A stretch of 45,207 nt of DNA. Origin: Rhodospirillales bacterium. Its GTDB lineage: Bacteria; Pseudomonadota; Alphaproteobacteria; Rhodospirillales; Casp-alpha2. The DNA lies in assembly GCA_036011805.1 (NCBI GenBank), contig DASCOC010000043.1, positions 1 to 45,207 on the forward strand, read 5' to 3'. Below are positions 37,195-45,207 of the stretch, piece after piece (the stretch's first letter is position 1; each line of letters starts with the position of its first letter). Under the pieces are notes generated by a model. It made no database searches and had not been told where the DNA came from. It was given only the letters and a program-made list of their open reading frames with translations. The position numbers and the translations under genes are program-made.

Positions 37195-37634
37195 CCCTCT
37201 CCCTCGTCTTCCTCGTCGAGACCGGAATCAGAATCTTCGCCTTCTTCCAATCGGCGACCTTCTTTCTCCAGTTCCTTGATCTTGGCGGATAAGGCGACAT
37301 AGATCAATTGCGAGCCGATGGCCGCCAGCAACGGCGACGCAAGAACGATGAAAACCCAATAAATGATCTGCGCCGTATCGATGCCGGGGAACAGGACCGT
37401 GTGGTAGTAGATGATTTAGATAATCAGGAACAGTTCCGTCACCAGGGCCAGCCGGAAGGAGGTGCGTTGGGTCAGCTTGCTCGGTTTGATCGGGCCGCCG
37501 AAACCGCGGATGATGCTGGTGAACAGGCCACCGGCGAAATTGGCCATCAACACCAGGGCGCAGATGATGATGAGGGTTAAGGCGTCATTCGCGGGAAAGC
37601 CGAACGTCTTCATGAAGTCTTCGAGACCGCCCAT
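37191..37634 (-). pseudogene. Small ~3-TM membrane protein gene (147 codons) interrupted by one in-frame TAA at 37416-37418
   Basis: 72 codons (MGGLEDFMKTF...ELFLII) run to the TAA. Then 74 further in-frame codons with coding-like GC3 follow (IIYYHTVLFPGIDTAQIIYWVFIVLASPLLAAIGSQLIYVALSAKIKELEKEGRRLEEGEDSDSGLDEEDEGEG). They end at a TAG that overlaps the citE-like stop in CTAG. Confidence 0.6.
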
Positions 37635-37743
37635 GGATCGTGCCTTTTAAAATGGAGACCAAGCCGCCAGTGTCGCGTTTCCGCGAATCCTTGGGGCATT
37701 ACACCAAACAATCTGAAACATTTCCACACATACCTTTTTGGCC

Positions 37744-38928
37744 TTAACTGCGCCTAATAATGAACACCGCCACAATCCCCCCCAATGCCGCCATCACGGC
37801 CATGACCTGATAGGCGCCGGCGCCGTATAGGCCGTAAAGATTTCCCGATGCCAACATCGCCAAACCTAAGGCCAATCCCATGACCACGGCGGAATATAGG
37901 CTCTGGGCCGACGCCGACACCGCCTGGGGAACACGCCGGGAAATGAAATAGATGGCGCCCAAATGGGTGGCGGCGAAGGTAAAGGCATGCAGGGCCTGCA
38001 TGACGACCAACATCTCCAGCCCCCCGGCCGTGCCCGTAAACGACCAGCGCACCGCCCCTGCCACCCCGCCGAGGACGATGAGTTTGGCCGGTCCAAATCG
38101 GCGGACCAGGCGGGCGCCGAAGGCGAACAGGATGATCTCGGCGATCACCCCTTCCGCCCATAGTAGGCCGATGACGGTTTCCGAATACCCTTGCGCTTTC
38201 CAGTTAAGCGTTCCGAAGCCGTAATAGACGCTATGGCTGGCCTGGATTAAGGCGGCGGCGATCAAGAACAGGATGAATTGAGGGACACGCAGAACGGCGA
38301 GGGCGGCGAAGCGGGTTTCGGTGGTGGCCGGGGCCCGGGTCGCGGGCAGGGCCAGGGTGACAGCGATGACTAGGGCGAGAGAGAAAAGCAGGACCCAATA
38401 TATAATGTCGGTGGAACCGTCGGTCAGAAGATACCCGGTGCCGACGGCGGTGGCGATGAAGGTCAGCGACCCCCACAGCCTGACCCGGCCGTAATCCAGT
38501 TCCTTCGCCCCGCCTTTTCCCCCCTCTTGGCGTCCTTCTGATCCCGGCAACATAGCCAGGCTTTCGCCCAGCGGCATGATCGGCGACCAAACGGCGAAAA
38601 ACAGAATACTGACCAGCAGGATCGACCAGAAATGATCGGTCCCCGCGAACAAGGTAAATGAGGAAAATGCCAAAATCGCCAGGCCGATGATGATCGGGCG
38701 CCGTTGCCCGCGGCGGTCGGCAATGTGGGCGATCAGCGGGTTTGAGATGACCTTGATGCCGACACTGGCGGCGATAATGATGCCGATTTCAGATGGCCCC
38801 AATCCCTTCGCCGCCAGCCAAACAGGCCAGAACGGCACGTGGATGCCGATCATGGCGAAAACGGCGCCGTAAAAGAACGCCAGACGCAGGGCGGTTCGTG
38901 TGTTGTCTGGCGGGACCGGGTCGTGCAT
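37744..38928 (-). CDS. MFS transporter (MFS_1-like / HcaT-type)
   Basis: 394 aa with 12 TM segments. The sequence runs LRLAFFYGAVFAMIGIHVPFWPVWL and contains IADRRGQRRP. Confidence 0.85.
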   Translation of the reverse strand: MHDPVPPDNTRTALRLAFFYGAVFAMIGIHVPFWPVWLAAKGLGPSEIGIIIAASVGIKVISNPLIAHIADRRGQRRPIIIGLAILAFSSFTLFAGTDHFWSILLVSILFFAVWSPIMPLGESLAMLPGSEGRQEGGKGGAKELDYGRVRLWGSLTFIATAVGTGYLLTDGSTDIIYWVLLFSLALVIAVTLALPATRAPATTETRFAALAVLRVPQFILFLIAAALIQASHSVYYGFGTLNWKAQGYSETVIGLLWAEGVIAEIILFAFGARLVRRFGPAKLIVLGGVAGAVRWSFTGTAGGLEMLVVMQALHAFTFAATHLGAIYFISRRVPQAVSASAQSLYSAVVMGLALGLAMLASGNLYGLYGAGAYQVMAVMAALGGIVAVFIIRRS

Positions 38929-38984
38929 GATTCTAAAAGGAGGCCTCGAAAGCCACTAACGGGTCAACAGAAATCCGAGGAACC

Positions 38985-39911
38985 ATGAAGATTGTTTTTT
39001 TCGGCAGCGGCGGCATTGGCGGATATTTCGGCGCCCGTTTGGCGGCGGCCGGTGAAGACGTCCATTTCATCGCCCGCGGCAGCCACTTGGAGGCGATGAA
39101 AAGTCATGGTCTTCGTGTCAAAAGCCCGCTCGGCGATGTCCACATTGAAGCGCCCCAAGCCACCGACGATCCGGCGACGTGTGGTCCGGCCGACTTGGTC
39201 GTGGTCGGGGTTAAGCTCTATGACACCGAAGCGGCGGCGGTGGCCATCAAGCCCCTGGTCGGACCGGAGACCACGGTGGTGTCGTTCCAGAACGGCGTCT
39301 TCGCCGGCGATGTGTTTTCCGACGCCTTTGGCCGCGACAAGGTGATCGGCGGCTCATCGTCGATCGCCACCCAAATCCAGGAACCGGGTGTCATTCTGCA
39401 CACCGGCACCATGGCCAGCATAGCCTTCGGTGAGTGGGACGGCGAGGAGAGCGCCCGCACCGAGGCCTTTTTGAATGCCTGTAAGGGCGCCGGGATCGAT
39501 GCCACCGTATTCGACGATATCAACGCCGTCATTTGGTCCAAGTTCGTATTCCTGTCGTCCTTTAGCGGCATCACCTGCCGGTTCAAACAATCCATGGGGC
39601 CGATCCGTGAGGATCCGGAAAAATTGGCGCTTTTCCGCCAAGCTTTGGAAGAAACCTTCGCCGTCGCCAGTGCCAAGGGGGTGACATTGAAAGCTGATTT
39701 GGTAGACAAGCGGATGGCATTCGCCGACGGCCTTCCGGCGGAGATGTACGCCTCCATGTATCACGATTTGGTGGCCGGCAAGCGGCTGGAATTGCCCTGG
39801 TTGTCGGGCGCGGTGGTTGATATGGGGCGGCAGGAGGGCATAGAAACCCCGGCCCACCAGGAATTCACCGACGCGCTGACGGCCTTTGCGGACGGCGGCG
39901 CTGGAAAATAA
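38985..39911 (+). CDS. panE: 2-dehydropantoate 2-reductase (ApbA/PanE family)
   Basis: The Rossmann motif is KIVFFGSGGIGGYFGARLA. 308 aa with ApbA family layout. Confidence 0.85.
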   Translation: MKIVFFGSGGIGGYFGARLAAAGEDVHFIARGSHLEAMKSHGLRVKSPLGDVHIEAPQATDDPATCGPADLVVVGVKLYDTEAAAVAIKPLVGPETTVVSFQNGVFAGDVFSDAFGRDKVIGGSSSIATQIQEPGVILHTGTMASIAFGEWDGEESARTEAFLNACKGAGIDATVFDDINAVIWSKFVFLSSFSGITCRFKQSMGPIREDPEKLALFRQALEETFAVASAKGVTLKADLVDKRMAFADGLPAEMYASMYHDLVAGKRLELPWLSGAVVDMGRQEGIETPAHQEFTDALTAFADGGAGK

Positions 39912-39971
39912 CAGTTTTTTCCAATATTTAGGTCCTGATCACCTTGCCGGGTGAGCCGAATGCGTGCCCGG

Positions 39972-41543
39972 TCAGCGGCTCAGCGATTGAGCTTGGCGGT
40001 GCAATTCCACGACCGTCTTTTGCGCCGACACGACGGCGCCTTCCTGCCATCCGGGCAGGTAGCTGAGGTGTTCGCCGGCGAAATGAATCCGGCCATCCGG
40101 ACGGTTGAGGATTTGATAGGCGTTCCGCCGTCCATTCACGTCCCATATGGCCCAGCCGCCGAGGGAGTGGGGGATGTTCCGCCAGGCCACCGAAACCGGC
40201 CGCGAGACTTCGTCTTCGAACCCTGGATGGATGCGCCCGCCGCTAAGGCGCGCCGCCGCCGCCCGTTCCTCGGGGCTCAACTTGGCGAAGGCCCTGGCGG
40301 CTTCGCCGTGGTTGGTGGCTCCGACGAGGATGCCCTTGCCGCCGTGAAAGCCGTGGCTCGGATAGACGAACCGCTCGATCTCGTGTTCGGTCCAGGTGAT
40401 TCCGCCGTAGATGTGGTGGTCTTCCTCCCAGAAGCGGCGTCCGGCCTGCCAGGCCAGTTTGCCGACGTGGTTATAGCGGACCCCGGAGACGGCCCCCTTC
40501 ACCGGCGGCGAGAAATCGGCGTCGATCCTGGCCAGCACCGGCAGCGGGATGGTGCAGATGCAATAATCGGCATCGACGGCCTTTTCGGCGCCGGCCCGCT
40601 TGTCGTTGTAGACCACCCGGACACCATTGCTGGTCTTGTCGATCCGCTTGACCTCGGCGGATGAGACAATCAGGTGTCCGACCCTTTGTTCGAACGCGGC
40701 GGTGATCCGGTCCATGCCGCCGACCGGCTGCAATAACGTCGCCTGATGGACCAGGTGTTCCTCGTGCTGCATCTTCCAGGTCCAGAACTCTGCATCAAGC
40801 AACAACCGCAACTCGAGGGGTTGGTTGGCTGAACCCGGATTATCGCCGGCGCCCGGCGGGACGGCGAAGCCGCTTCGCTCCGATCCCCGGAACCGCAAAT
40901 CGGAATCGAGACGGCCAAAGCGGGTGAGAAACTCTCTCATTCGTTCTTTGTCGACGGCGCTTAGTTCGCGGTCCAGCGCCCCCCGGTCGATGGCCTTGGC
41001 CAGCAATTCGGCCATGTAACTCCGGCTGTCGTTGATTAGTTGGCGCGAGCGTACCGGCTTGCCGCCGAGGATCTTGTCGTTCTGGAAAAAGGCGTTGCGG
41101 TTGGCGTCGATGAAGATCTCGAGGTCGACGCCGAACGTCTTGCAGTAGCCGAGGATTTGCCGGTGGTGGCTGGGTATCCGCGACGCGCCGGCGTTGAAAT
41201 ACAGGCCGTCGTCGAACCGGCAGGTCTGGACCGTGCCGGTGGTCTCCTCGATCCTGGTTCCGCCGCGCACCGTCCACACCCTACCGCCGGCGCGGTCGCG
41301 CGCCTCTACAATGGTCACGGCGTAGCCGCCCTTGGAAAGCTCGTAAGCCGCGGTCATGCCGGCGATACCGGCGCCGATAATGACGACGGATGTCCCTTCG
41401 CCGGAACCGGGCGCCAACGCCACCGGTTCGGCCTGGGCCGGTGTCTCCGCCAGCAGGCCCATCGCCTGCATGACGGCGTAGAGGGCGCCAGAGCCACCGG
41501 CGCGTCCGACGCCGTCGAGAAACCGCCTCCGGGTGATGGTCAT
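39972..41543 (-). CDS. Flavin monoamine oxidase family protein, Tat-exported
   Basis: It has the Tat motif TRRRFLD. The FAD fold is VVIIGAGIAGMTAAYEL followed by VEARDRAGGRVWT. Confidence 0.85.
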   Translation of the reverse strand: MTITRRRFLDGVGRAGGSGALYAVMQAMGLLAETPAQAEPVALAPGSGEGTSVVIIGAGIAGMTAAYELSKGGYAVTIVEARDRAGGRVWTVRGGTRIEETTGTVQTCRFDDGLYFNAGASRIPSHHRQILGYCKTFGVDLEIFIDANRNAFFQNDKILGGKPVRSRQLINDSRSYMAELLAKAIDRGALDRELSAVDKERMREFLTRFGRLDSDLRFRGSERSGFAVPPGAGDNPGSANQPLELRLLLDAEFWTWKMQHEEHLVHQATLLQPVGGMDRITAAFEQRVGHLIVSSAEVKRIDKTSNGVRVVYNDKRAGAEKAVDADYCICTIPLPVLARIDADFSPPVKGAVSGVRYNHVGKLAWQAGRRFWEEDHHIYGGITWTEHEIERFVYPSHGFHGGKGILVGATNHGEAARAFAKLSPEERAAAARLSGGRIHPGFEDEVSRPVSVAWRNIPHSLGGWAIWDVNGRRNAYQILNRPDGRIHFAGEHLSYLPGWQEGAVVSAQKTVVELHRQAQSLSR

Positions 41544-41788
41544 CGCACACCTCCCTTTCCGCCGGCAGACGTCCGGGATCGAATAAAACAGGTGCCCGAA
41601 CGGTCCCTACAAAAGCATCAAAACACCGATGACTTCAATAAGGTCTTGGCTTTTTAGCCGCCGGTGGCGGGTTGCTTCGCATACAGAACCATTGAGAAAA
41701 GGGGGTTTTTTTGCTACACTTTTTTCGCTCAAGGCTGGCGGCGCATGAGACCCGCCTTTTCGCCGAGAGAACAATAATAAAATCAATT

Positions 41789-41845
41789 CCATCCGGACGG
41801 ATGGCCATCCGGGTGGGTGGCTGTATGGGATGCTGGCCATCCGGG
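41789..41845 (+). promoter_or_regulatory. Three copies of CCATCCGG (two as the exact 12-mer TGGCCATCCGGG) upstream of the hypothetical secreted-protein gene
   Basis: Copies lie at 41789-41796, 41805-41813 and 41837-41845. The 12-mer is at 41802-41813 and 41834-41845 (period 32). They sit 42-98 nt upstream of ATG 41887 in a divergent intergenic region. Confidence 0.3.
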
Positions 41846-41886
41846 ATGCATCGCGTTTGGTGCAAACTTTCAGATCGAGGGAGCCT

Positions 41887-42564
41887 ATGATGTTCCGCAA
41901 AATTTCGATGATCGTTATGGTGTTGGCGCTGGCGGCGCCGGGCTTGGCGTTTGCCAACGAAGGCGGCGGCAGCGACGCTCCACCGGTGGCCGACCCGACG
42001 AAGAAGCCCGTTTTTTATTTAAAATATATAGATATGACTATTTCCAGGGAAAAATTCATTAATAAGAAAGAATTAACAATATCAGAAGACAGCTGGGCAA
42101 AGGCGTTTTCCGTCGCATTCCTCCCACAGAAAGTCGAAGAAAAGTCCGCTAAGGAGGGAACACAAATCATCACTGTGAGCTTTTGGGATTTCGAATTGTC
42201 CTGGCCAACGACACCGGGTGGGGTTAAATTACCGCTGCCGTCGTCAGGGCCGCCGGCAAATGATCATCAAGGGCCGGCGATGGATGATCTTCCAGGGCCG
42301 GCGGCAAACCAACTGTCGACGCCGACCTTCAGCGACGCGGTATTTGAATGCTCACCCGACGGATACCCAAGGTACAACGCACACACCTGCAAGGTGGACC
42401 TGGGCGAAGGGGGCAAGACCGGTGTCATAGCAAATACCGATGAGAACATGCCTTGGAAGATGAGGCAGGATATGATTGATGCGTATATTGCCAAGACCGA
42501 GGGCAAAAAGAACGGGCCGGACAGTGTGGTCGACGATCTCTCGGGCTTCGTCATCATATCCTGA
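41887..42564 (+). CDS. Hypothetical secreted protein
   Basis: ATG 41887 follows GAGGGAG. The signal peptide is MMFRKISMIVMVLALAAPGLAFA. An unusually AT-rich stretch is kept open in frame. Confidence 0.65.
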   Translation: MMFRKISMIVMVLALAAPGLAFANEGGGSDAPPVADPTKKPVFYLKYIDMTISREKFINKKELTISEDSWAKAFSVAFLPQKVEEKSAKEGTQIITVSFWDFELSWPTTPGGVKLPLPSSGPPANDHQGPAMDDLPGPAANQLSTPTFSDAVFECSPDGYPRYNAHTCKVDLGEGGKTGVIANTDENMPWKMRQDMIDAYIAKTEGKKNGPDSVVDDLSGFVIIS

Positions 42565-42606
42565 CGGCGGCCAAGGTAGTCGGGCTACAAATTTAGGGGA
42601 GGTCCC

Positions 42607-43728
42607 ATGAAGAAGAAATCCAAACCGTTGTCCCGGTTTGGCTTGCTCGTTCTGATTTTGGCCGCCGCCGGCTGTGTAACCGGTCCCGAGCCGGTCGTCG
42701 TCTCGCCGACCCAACCGCTGGCCGCCGACCAGGTGCCGTGGCACGCCAAGGCGGCGCTGGCGGCGCTGATCATGCGCCAGAGGGGCGCTTCCGAGGCCGA
42801 GGCCGGGCGCGAGGCGCGGGCCGACGGCGCCGCTGCCATCAAGCCCGAACCTAAGTTCCGCTACCGGGGCTTTTCCGCGCGCCAGATCAAGATCGCCGCA
42901 TTCACCACGCCTAAGGGCGAGCCCCAGCGGCGCGACCTCGCCGGCTATCTGCACTTCCAGGACGCCGCCGGGCGCCGCGCCGCCGCGTTCCGGCTAAGCT
43001 ATCGCGTCGCCGGGGACAGGATCGCCATCGCCAAGGCCGCCTGGGCGCCGCTGATCCCGAAATACCCGAAAGTCGAGATGCTCGTCGTTCCGGCAAAGGC
43101 CTTCATAGCGCCGAAGGCGCGGCCGAAAGACTTTCACAGCCTTTACGCCCTGGCCGCCGGTAACGCCGTGCCGATGAAGACCCCGGCGGCGTCCGGGGAG
43201 GCGCGGGACTATATGATCGCCGTCTTCGTCAAGGACCGGATCGCCCCCGGCGCCAAGCTCGAGGTCGGGATCAGCGAGGTCCAGGACGGCCCCGGCAGCT
43301 ATACGAAGGAGACCCTGTACAAGGCTTTCGACGGCGGTTGGGGCGCTGCCATCATCCCCGGCGGCAGGTTTTCGCTTTCTTCCTCCGACGCCTTCTGGGT
43401 CAAGGCGGTCTACACGCCGGGCGCCGACACGGCCAAAGACCAACGAAGCGAGCGGGTCGTCGGCCTGTTCTCGACCGCGCCTGGGCCCGGGGCGAAAAAG
43501 CCGCCCCCGGTGGTGCCGGTCGGACCGCCAAGTCCGCTGAAAGCGGCGATGGCAATGGAGGGCGCTGCGGGAGGCACCGCACTGGACCGGGAAATGGACA
43601 TCGCCCTGAGGAAAGCCAGGGGCAAGGTGGCATCCCCGGTTTCTTCCCTGAAGGCTGCCGTCAACCGGGCCTCCTTGCCCGACATCGTGTTTCGCCTCCC
43701 CGCCGCCAAAACCGCCAAAGGATCCTGA
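42607..43728 (+). CDS. Hypothetical lipoprotein; residues 43-271 are paralogous to the C-terminal domain of the 7603..8982 product
   Basis: A GGGGAGG SD precedes the start. The lipobox is LAAAGC. The similarity is collinear: PWHA, FRYxG, DAxGRR, VPAK, DY..DR..SE..DG, KAxYxP. Confidence 0.7.
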   Translation: MKKKSKPLSRFGLLVLILAAAGCVTGPEPVVVSPTQPLAADQVPWHAKAALAALIMRQRGASEAEAGREARADGAAAIKPEPKFRYRGFSARQIKIAAFTTPKGEPQRRDLAGYLHFQDAAGRRAAAFRLSYRVAGDRIAIAKAAWAPLIPKYPKVEMLVVPAKAFIAPKARPKDFHSLYALAAGNAVPMKTPAASGEARDYMIAVFVKDRIAPGAKLEVGISEVQDGPGSYTKETLYKAFDGGWGAAIIPGGRFSLSSSDAFWVKAVYTPGADTAKDQRSERVVGLFSTAPGPGAKKPPPVVPVGPPSPLKAAMAMEGAAGGTALDREMDIALRKARGKVASPVSSLKAAVNRASLPDIVFRLPAAKTAKGS

Positions 43729-44029
43729 CCCCTGTCGTTTGACGCCGCCGGAAAAGCTAAAATAGGTCGGATTTCCGGAGAACAAACGATTCTTAGGGAG
43801 TGTGACCGTCGTCGCACCCAAGTTTGTTTGGATTTTACTCTATTTTTTGCCAATTCCGGCCAAACCCTACTATTACAATAAGATTTCCTGGGGCTATCTG
43901 CTTTTCGAGCCGGTTTCGGCCCCCGTTCTTGTGGCACAGAAATATGACTAATCGTCTGGAAAACTTAATCGCTGCGCCTTAATCAGGAACGCCGCCATTG
44001 GCAAAAGGCGCAATCAAGCTCCTAATGGG

Positions 44030-44425
44030 CTAGCGCCGCCCGCCGGCCAGCTTCCGGGAATCGGGATGGGCACGCAGCCGCGCCATCGCCCAAACCCCGA
44101 AGACGGGGCCGGGGGCCAGGATCAAAAACGCATACCGCCATCCCATCCATTCGACCGCCAACGGCATCAGGTGAATGGTGAACAGGGTCAGAAGGAATCC
44201 CAGGGCGGTTTGCATGGTCAGCATGGCGCCGATGGAAAATTCGGCCTCCAGGGAAGGCACCACCGCGGTAGCGGAAAACCAAAGCGCCATGGTCGCGATC
44301 TGGCAGATCGCCAACAGTGTCAGTGACGCGGCTTTGCTGTTTATGTTCACAATCCATCCGGGGCTTAGACAGCCGGATGCATTGTTATCGGCGGGGCTTG
44401 GGCTTGCAAGGACCCGGTCTTGCAA
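44030..44425 (-). pseudogene. Probable MFS-transporter remnant (N-terminal fragment with internal loss)
   Basis: The 131-aa ORF has an MFS-like TM1 (LTLLAICQIATMALWFSATAVVPSL) and an end-of-TM6-like segment (GWRYAFLILAPGPVFGVWAMARLRAHPD). It is far too short for an MFS half, and no continuation exists in the 300 bp downstream. Confidence 0.4.
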
Positions 44426-44496
44426 GGGCCGGGGGATGCCGCTATAACCCGCCCGCCTTTACCTATCCAACAACCATCGAGTAAGGAAATCGCCCC

Positions 44497-44919
44497 ATGG
44501 CCGTCGAGAGGACGCTCTCCATCATTAAGCCGGACGCAACACGTCGCAATCTCACCGGCGCCATTAACAAATGTTTCGAGGATGCGGGTCTTCGCATCGT
44601 CGCCCAAAAACGCATTCAACTGACCCGCGACAACGCCGAAGGCTTTTATGCCGTCCACAAGGAACGCCCCTTTTACGGCGACTTGTGTGACTTCATGACG
44701 TCGGGTCCGGTGGTCGTGCAGGTGTTGGAGGGTGAGGACGCCATCGCCAAGAACCGCGAAGTCATGGGCGCCACCAACCCGGACGATGCCGCCGAGGGCA
44801 CCATCCGCAAGCTGTTTGCCGAAAACATCGAAGCCAATTCGGTGCATGGGTCGGACAGCCCGGAAAACGCCGCCATCGAAATCAAGTATTTCTTCGAAGA
44901 CTCTGAAATCGTCGGCTAG
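44497..44919 (+). CDS. ndk: Nucleoside diphosphate kinase
   Basis: 140 aa. It begins [11 protein letters not shown] and has the active-site motif NSVHGSDS. Confidence 0.95.
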   Translation: MAVERTLSIIKPDATRRNLTGAINKCFEDAGLRIVAQKRIQLTRDNAEGFYAVHKERPFYGDLCDFMTSGPVVVQVLEGEDAIAKNREVMGATNPDDAAEGTIRKLFAENIEANSVHGSDSPENAAIEIKYFFEDSEIVG

Positions 44920-44951
44920 CCAAAGCGCTAGCCGGGAAATCGTCGGCTAGC
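44905..44951 (+). repeat. 16-nt direct repeat duplicating the ndk stop region, with a 7-bp hairpin between the copies
   Basis: GAAATCGTCGGCTAGC occurs at 44905-44920 and 44936-44951. GGCTAGC (44913-44919) pairs with GCTAGCC (44926-44932). Confidence 0.8.
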
Positions 44952-44975
44952 TGGGGCTGATCCAATCAACCACCG

Positions 44976-45207
44976 TCAGGTTTTATGAACCGTACGTTCG
45001 GACGGGAAGCTGACGGTGATGGTGGAGCCTTTGCCGACTTCGCTTTCGATGTTCAGGTCGGCGCCGTGCAGATCCAACAGCGATTTGCAGATCGGCAGCC
45101 CAAGCCCGGTGCCGTCATGGTTGCGGTCTAGGCTGCTCGCGGCCTGACCGAACGGGCTCATGACTTTCGGTATATCCTTGGCGGCGATGCTGATTCCGGT
45201 ATCGGTG
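44976..45207 (-). CDS. Sensor histidine kinase, C-terminal HATPase_c fragment (N-terminus beyond window end)
   Basis: The reading frame is open to the window edge. The sequence reads TDTGISIAAKDIPKVMSPFGQA...GTGLGLPICKSLLDLHGA, containing the G1/G2 boxes. Confidence 0.85.
   Translation of the reverse strand, partial: TDTGISIAAKDIPKVMSPFGQAASSLDRNHDGTGLGLPICKSLLDLHGADLNIESEVGKGSTITVSFPSERTVHKT

Noticed and set aside
43802-43951. 49-codon GTG ORF in the lipoprotein-downstream spacer
   Set aside because: The GGAG sits only 1 nt from the GTG. The region is low-GC with poor codon bias and the ORF has no support.
1-45207. CRISPR arrays, tRNA/rRNA genes, transposases, prophage or known defence-system genes
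   Set aside because: I looked for regularly spaced repeats, cloverleaf-sized conserved segments and hallmark motifs in all intergenic gaps and ORFs, and saw none.

Overview
GC-rich chromosomal segment with alphaproteobacterial-style gene order (lptF-lptG-lptD, pepA-holC, ndk). The taxon cannot be proven from the window. I support about 47 protein-coding genes on both strands, mostly envelope, transport and auxiliary metabolism. These include LPS export (lptD partial, lptG, lptF), an acyl-CoA dehydrogenase, yaaA, an ArsC/YffB-like protein and a FAD-linked 2-hydroxyacid oxidase. Also present are two MFS transporters, an O-antigen-ligase-like protein, an FkbM methyltransferase, tsaC/sua5 and cysQ. 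The AmmeMemoRadiSam genes amrB-amrA sit 5.7 kb away from amrS. Further genes are a GNAT, a tesA/ybbA/ybbP-like trio, a 2OG-Fe(II) oxygenase, a flippase-like membrane protein, pepA and holC. There is also a USP, a YeiH-family transporter, an ECF sigma/anti-sigma pair, a cyclase/CoA-transferase/CitE-like operon, panE, a Tat-exported flavin amine oxidase, ndk and a partial histidine kinase. I recognised no rRNA, tRNA, CRISPR array, transposase or integrase. No complete, obviously novel multi-gene system is evident. The best candidates for a second look are these: (1) a 130-nt chimeric joint (5' end of the cyclase gene fused to the 3' end of holC), which creates direct repeats bracketing a 4.9-kb ECF-sigma/YeiH/USP module; (2) a hypothetical envelope gene split at a G7 tract, whose C-terminal domain is paralogous to a lipoprotein 34 kb away; (3) a 272-bp MITE-like element with perfect 28-bp inverted ends that contain the stop codons of both flanking genes; (4) amrS translationally coupled to a 2OG oxygenase; (5) an LptD N-terminal extension with a thrice-repeated peptide motif; (6) a small membrane gene with an in-frame TAA. 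All functional readings of hypothetical genes are inference from motifs read by eye. No database search was possible.
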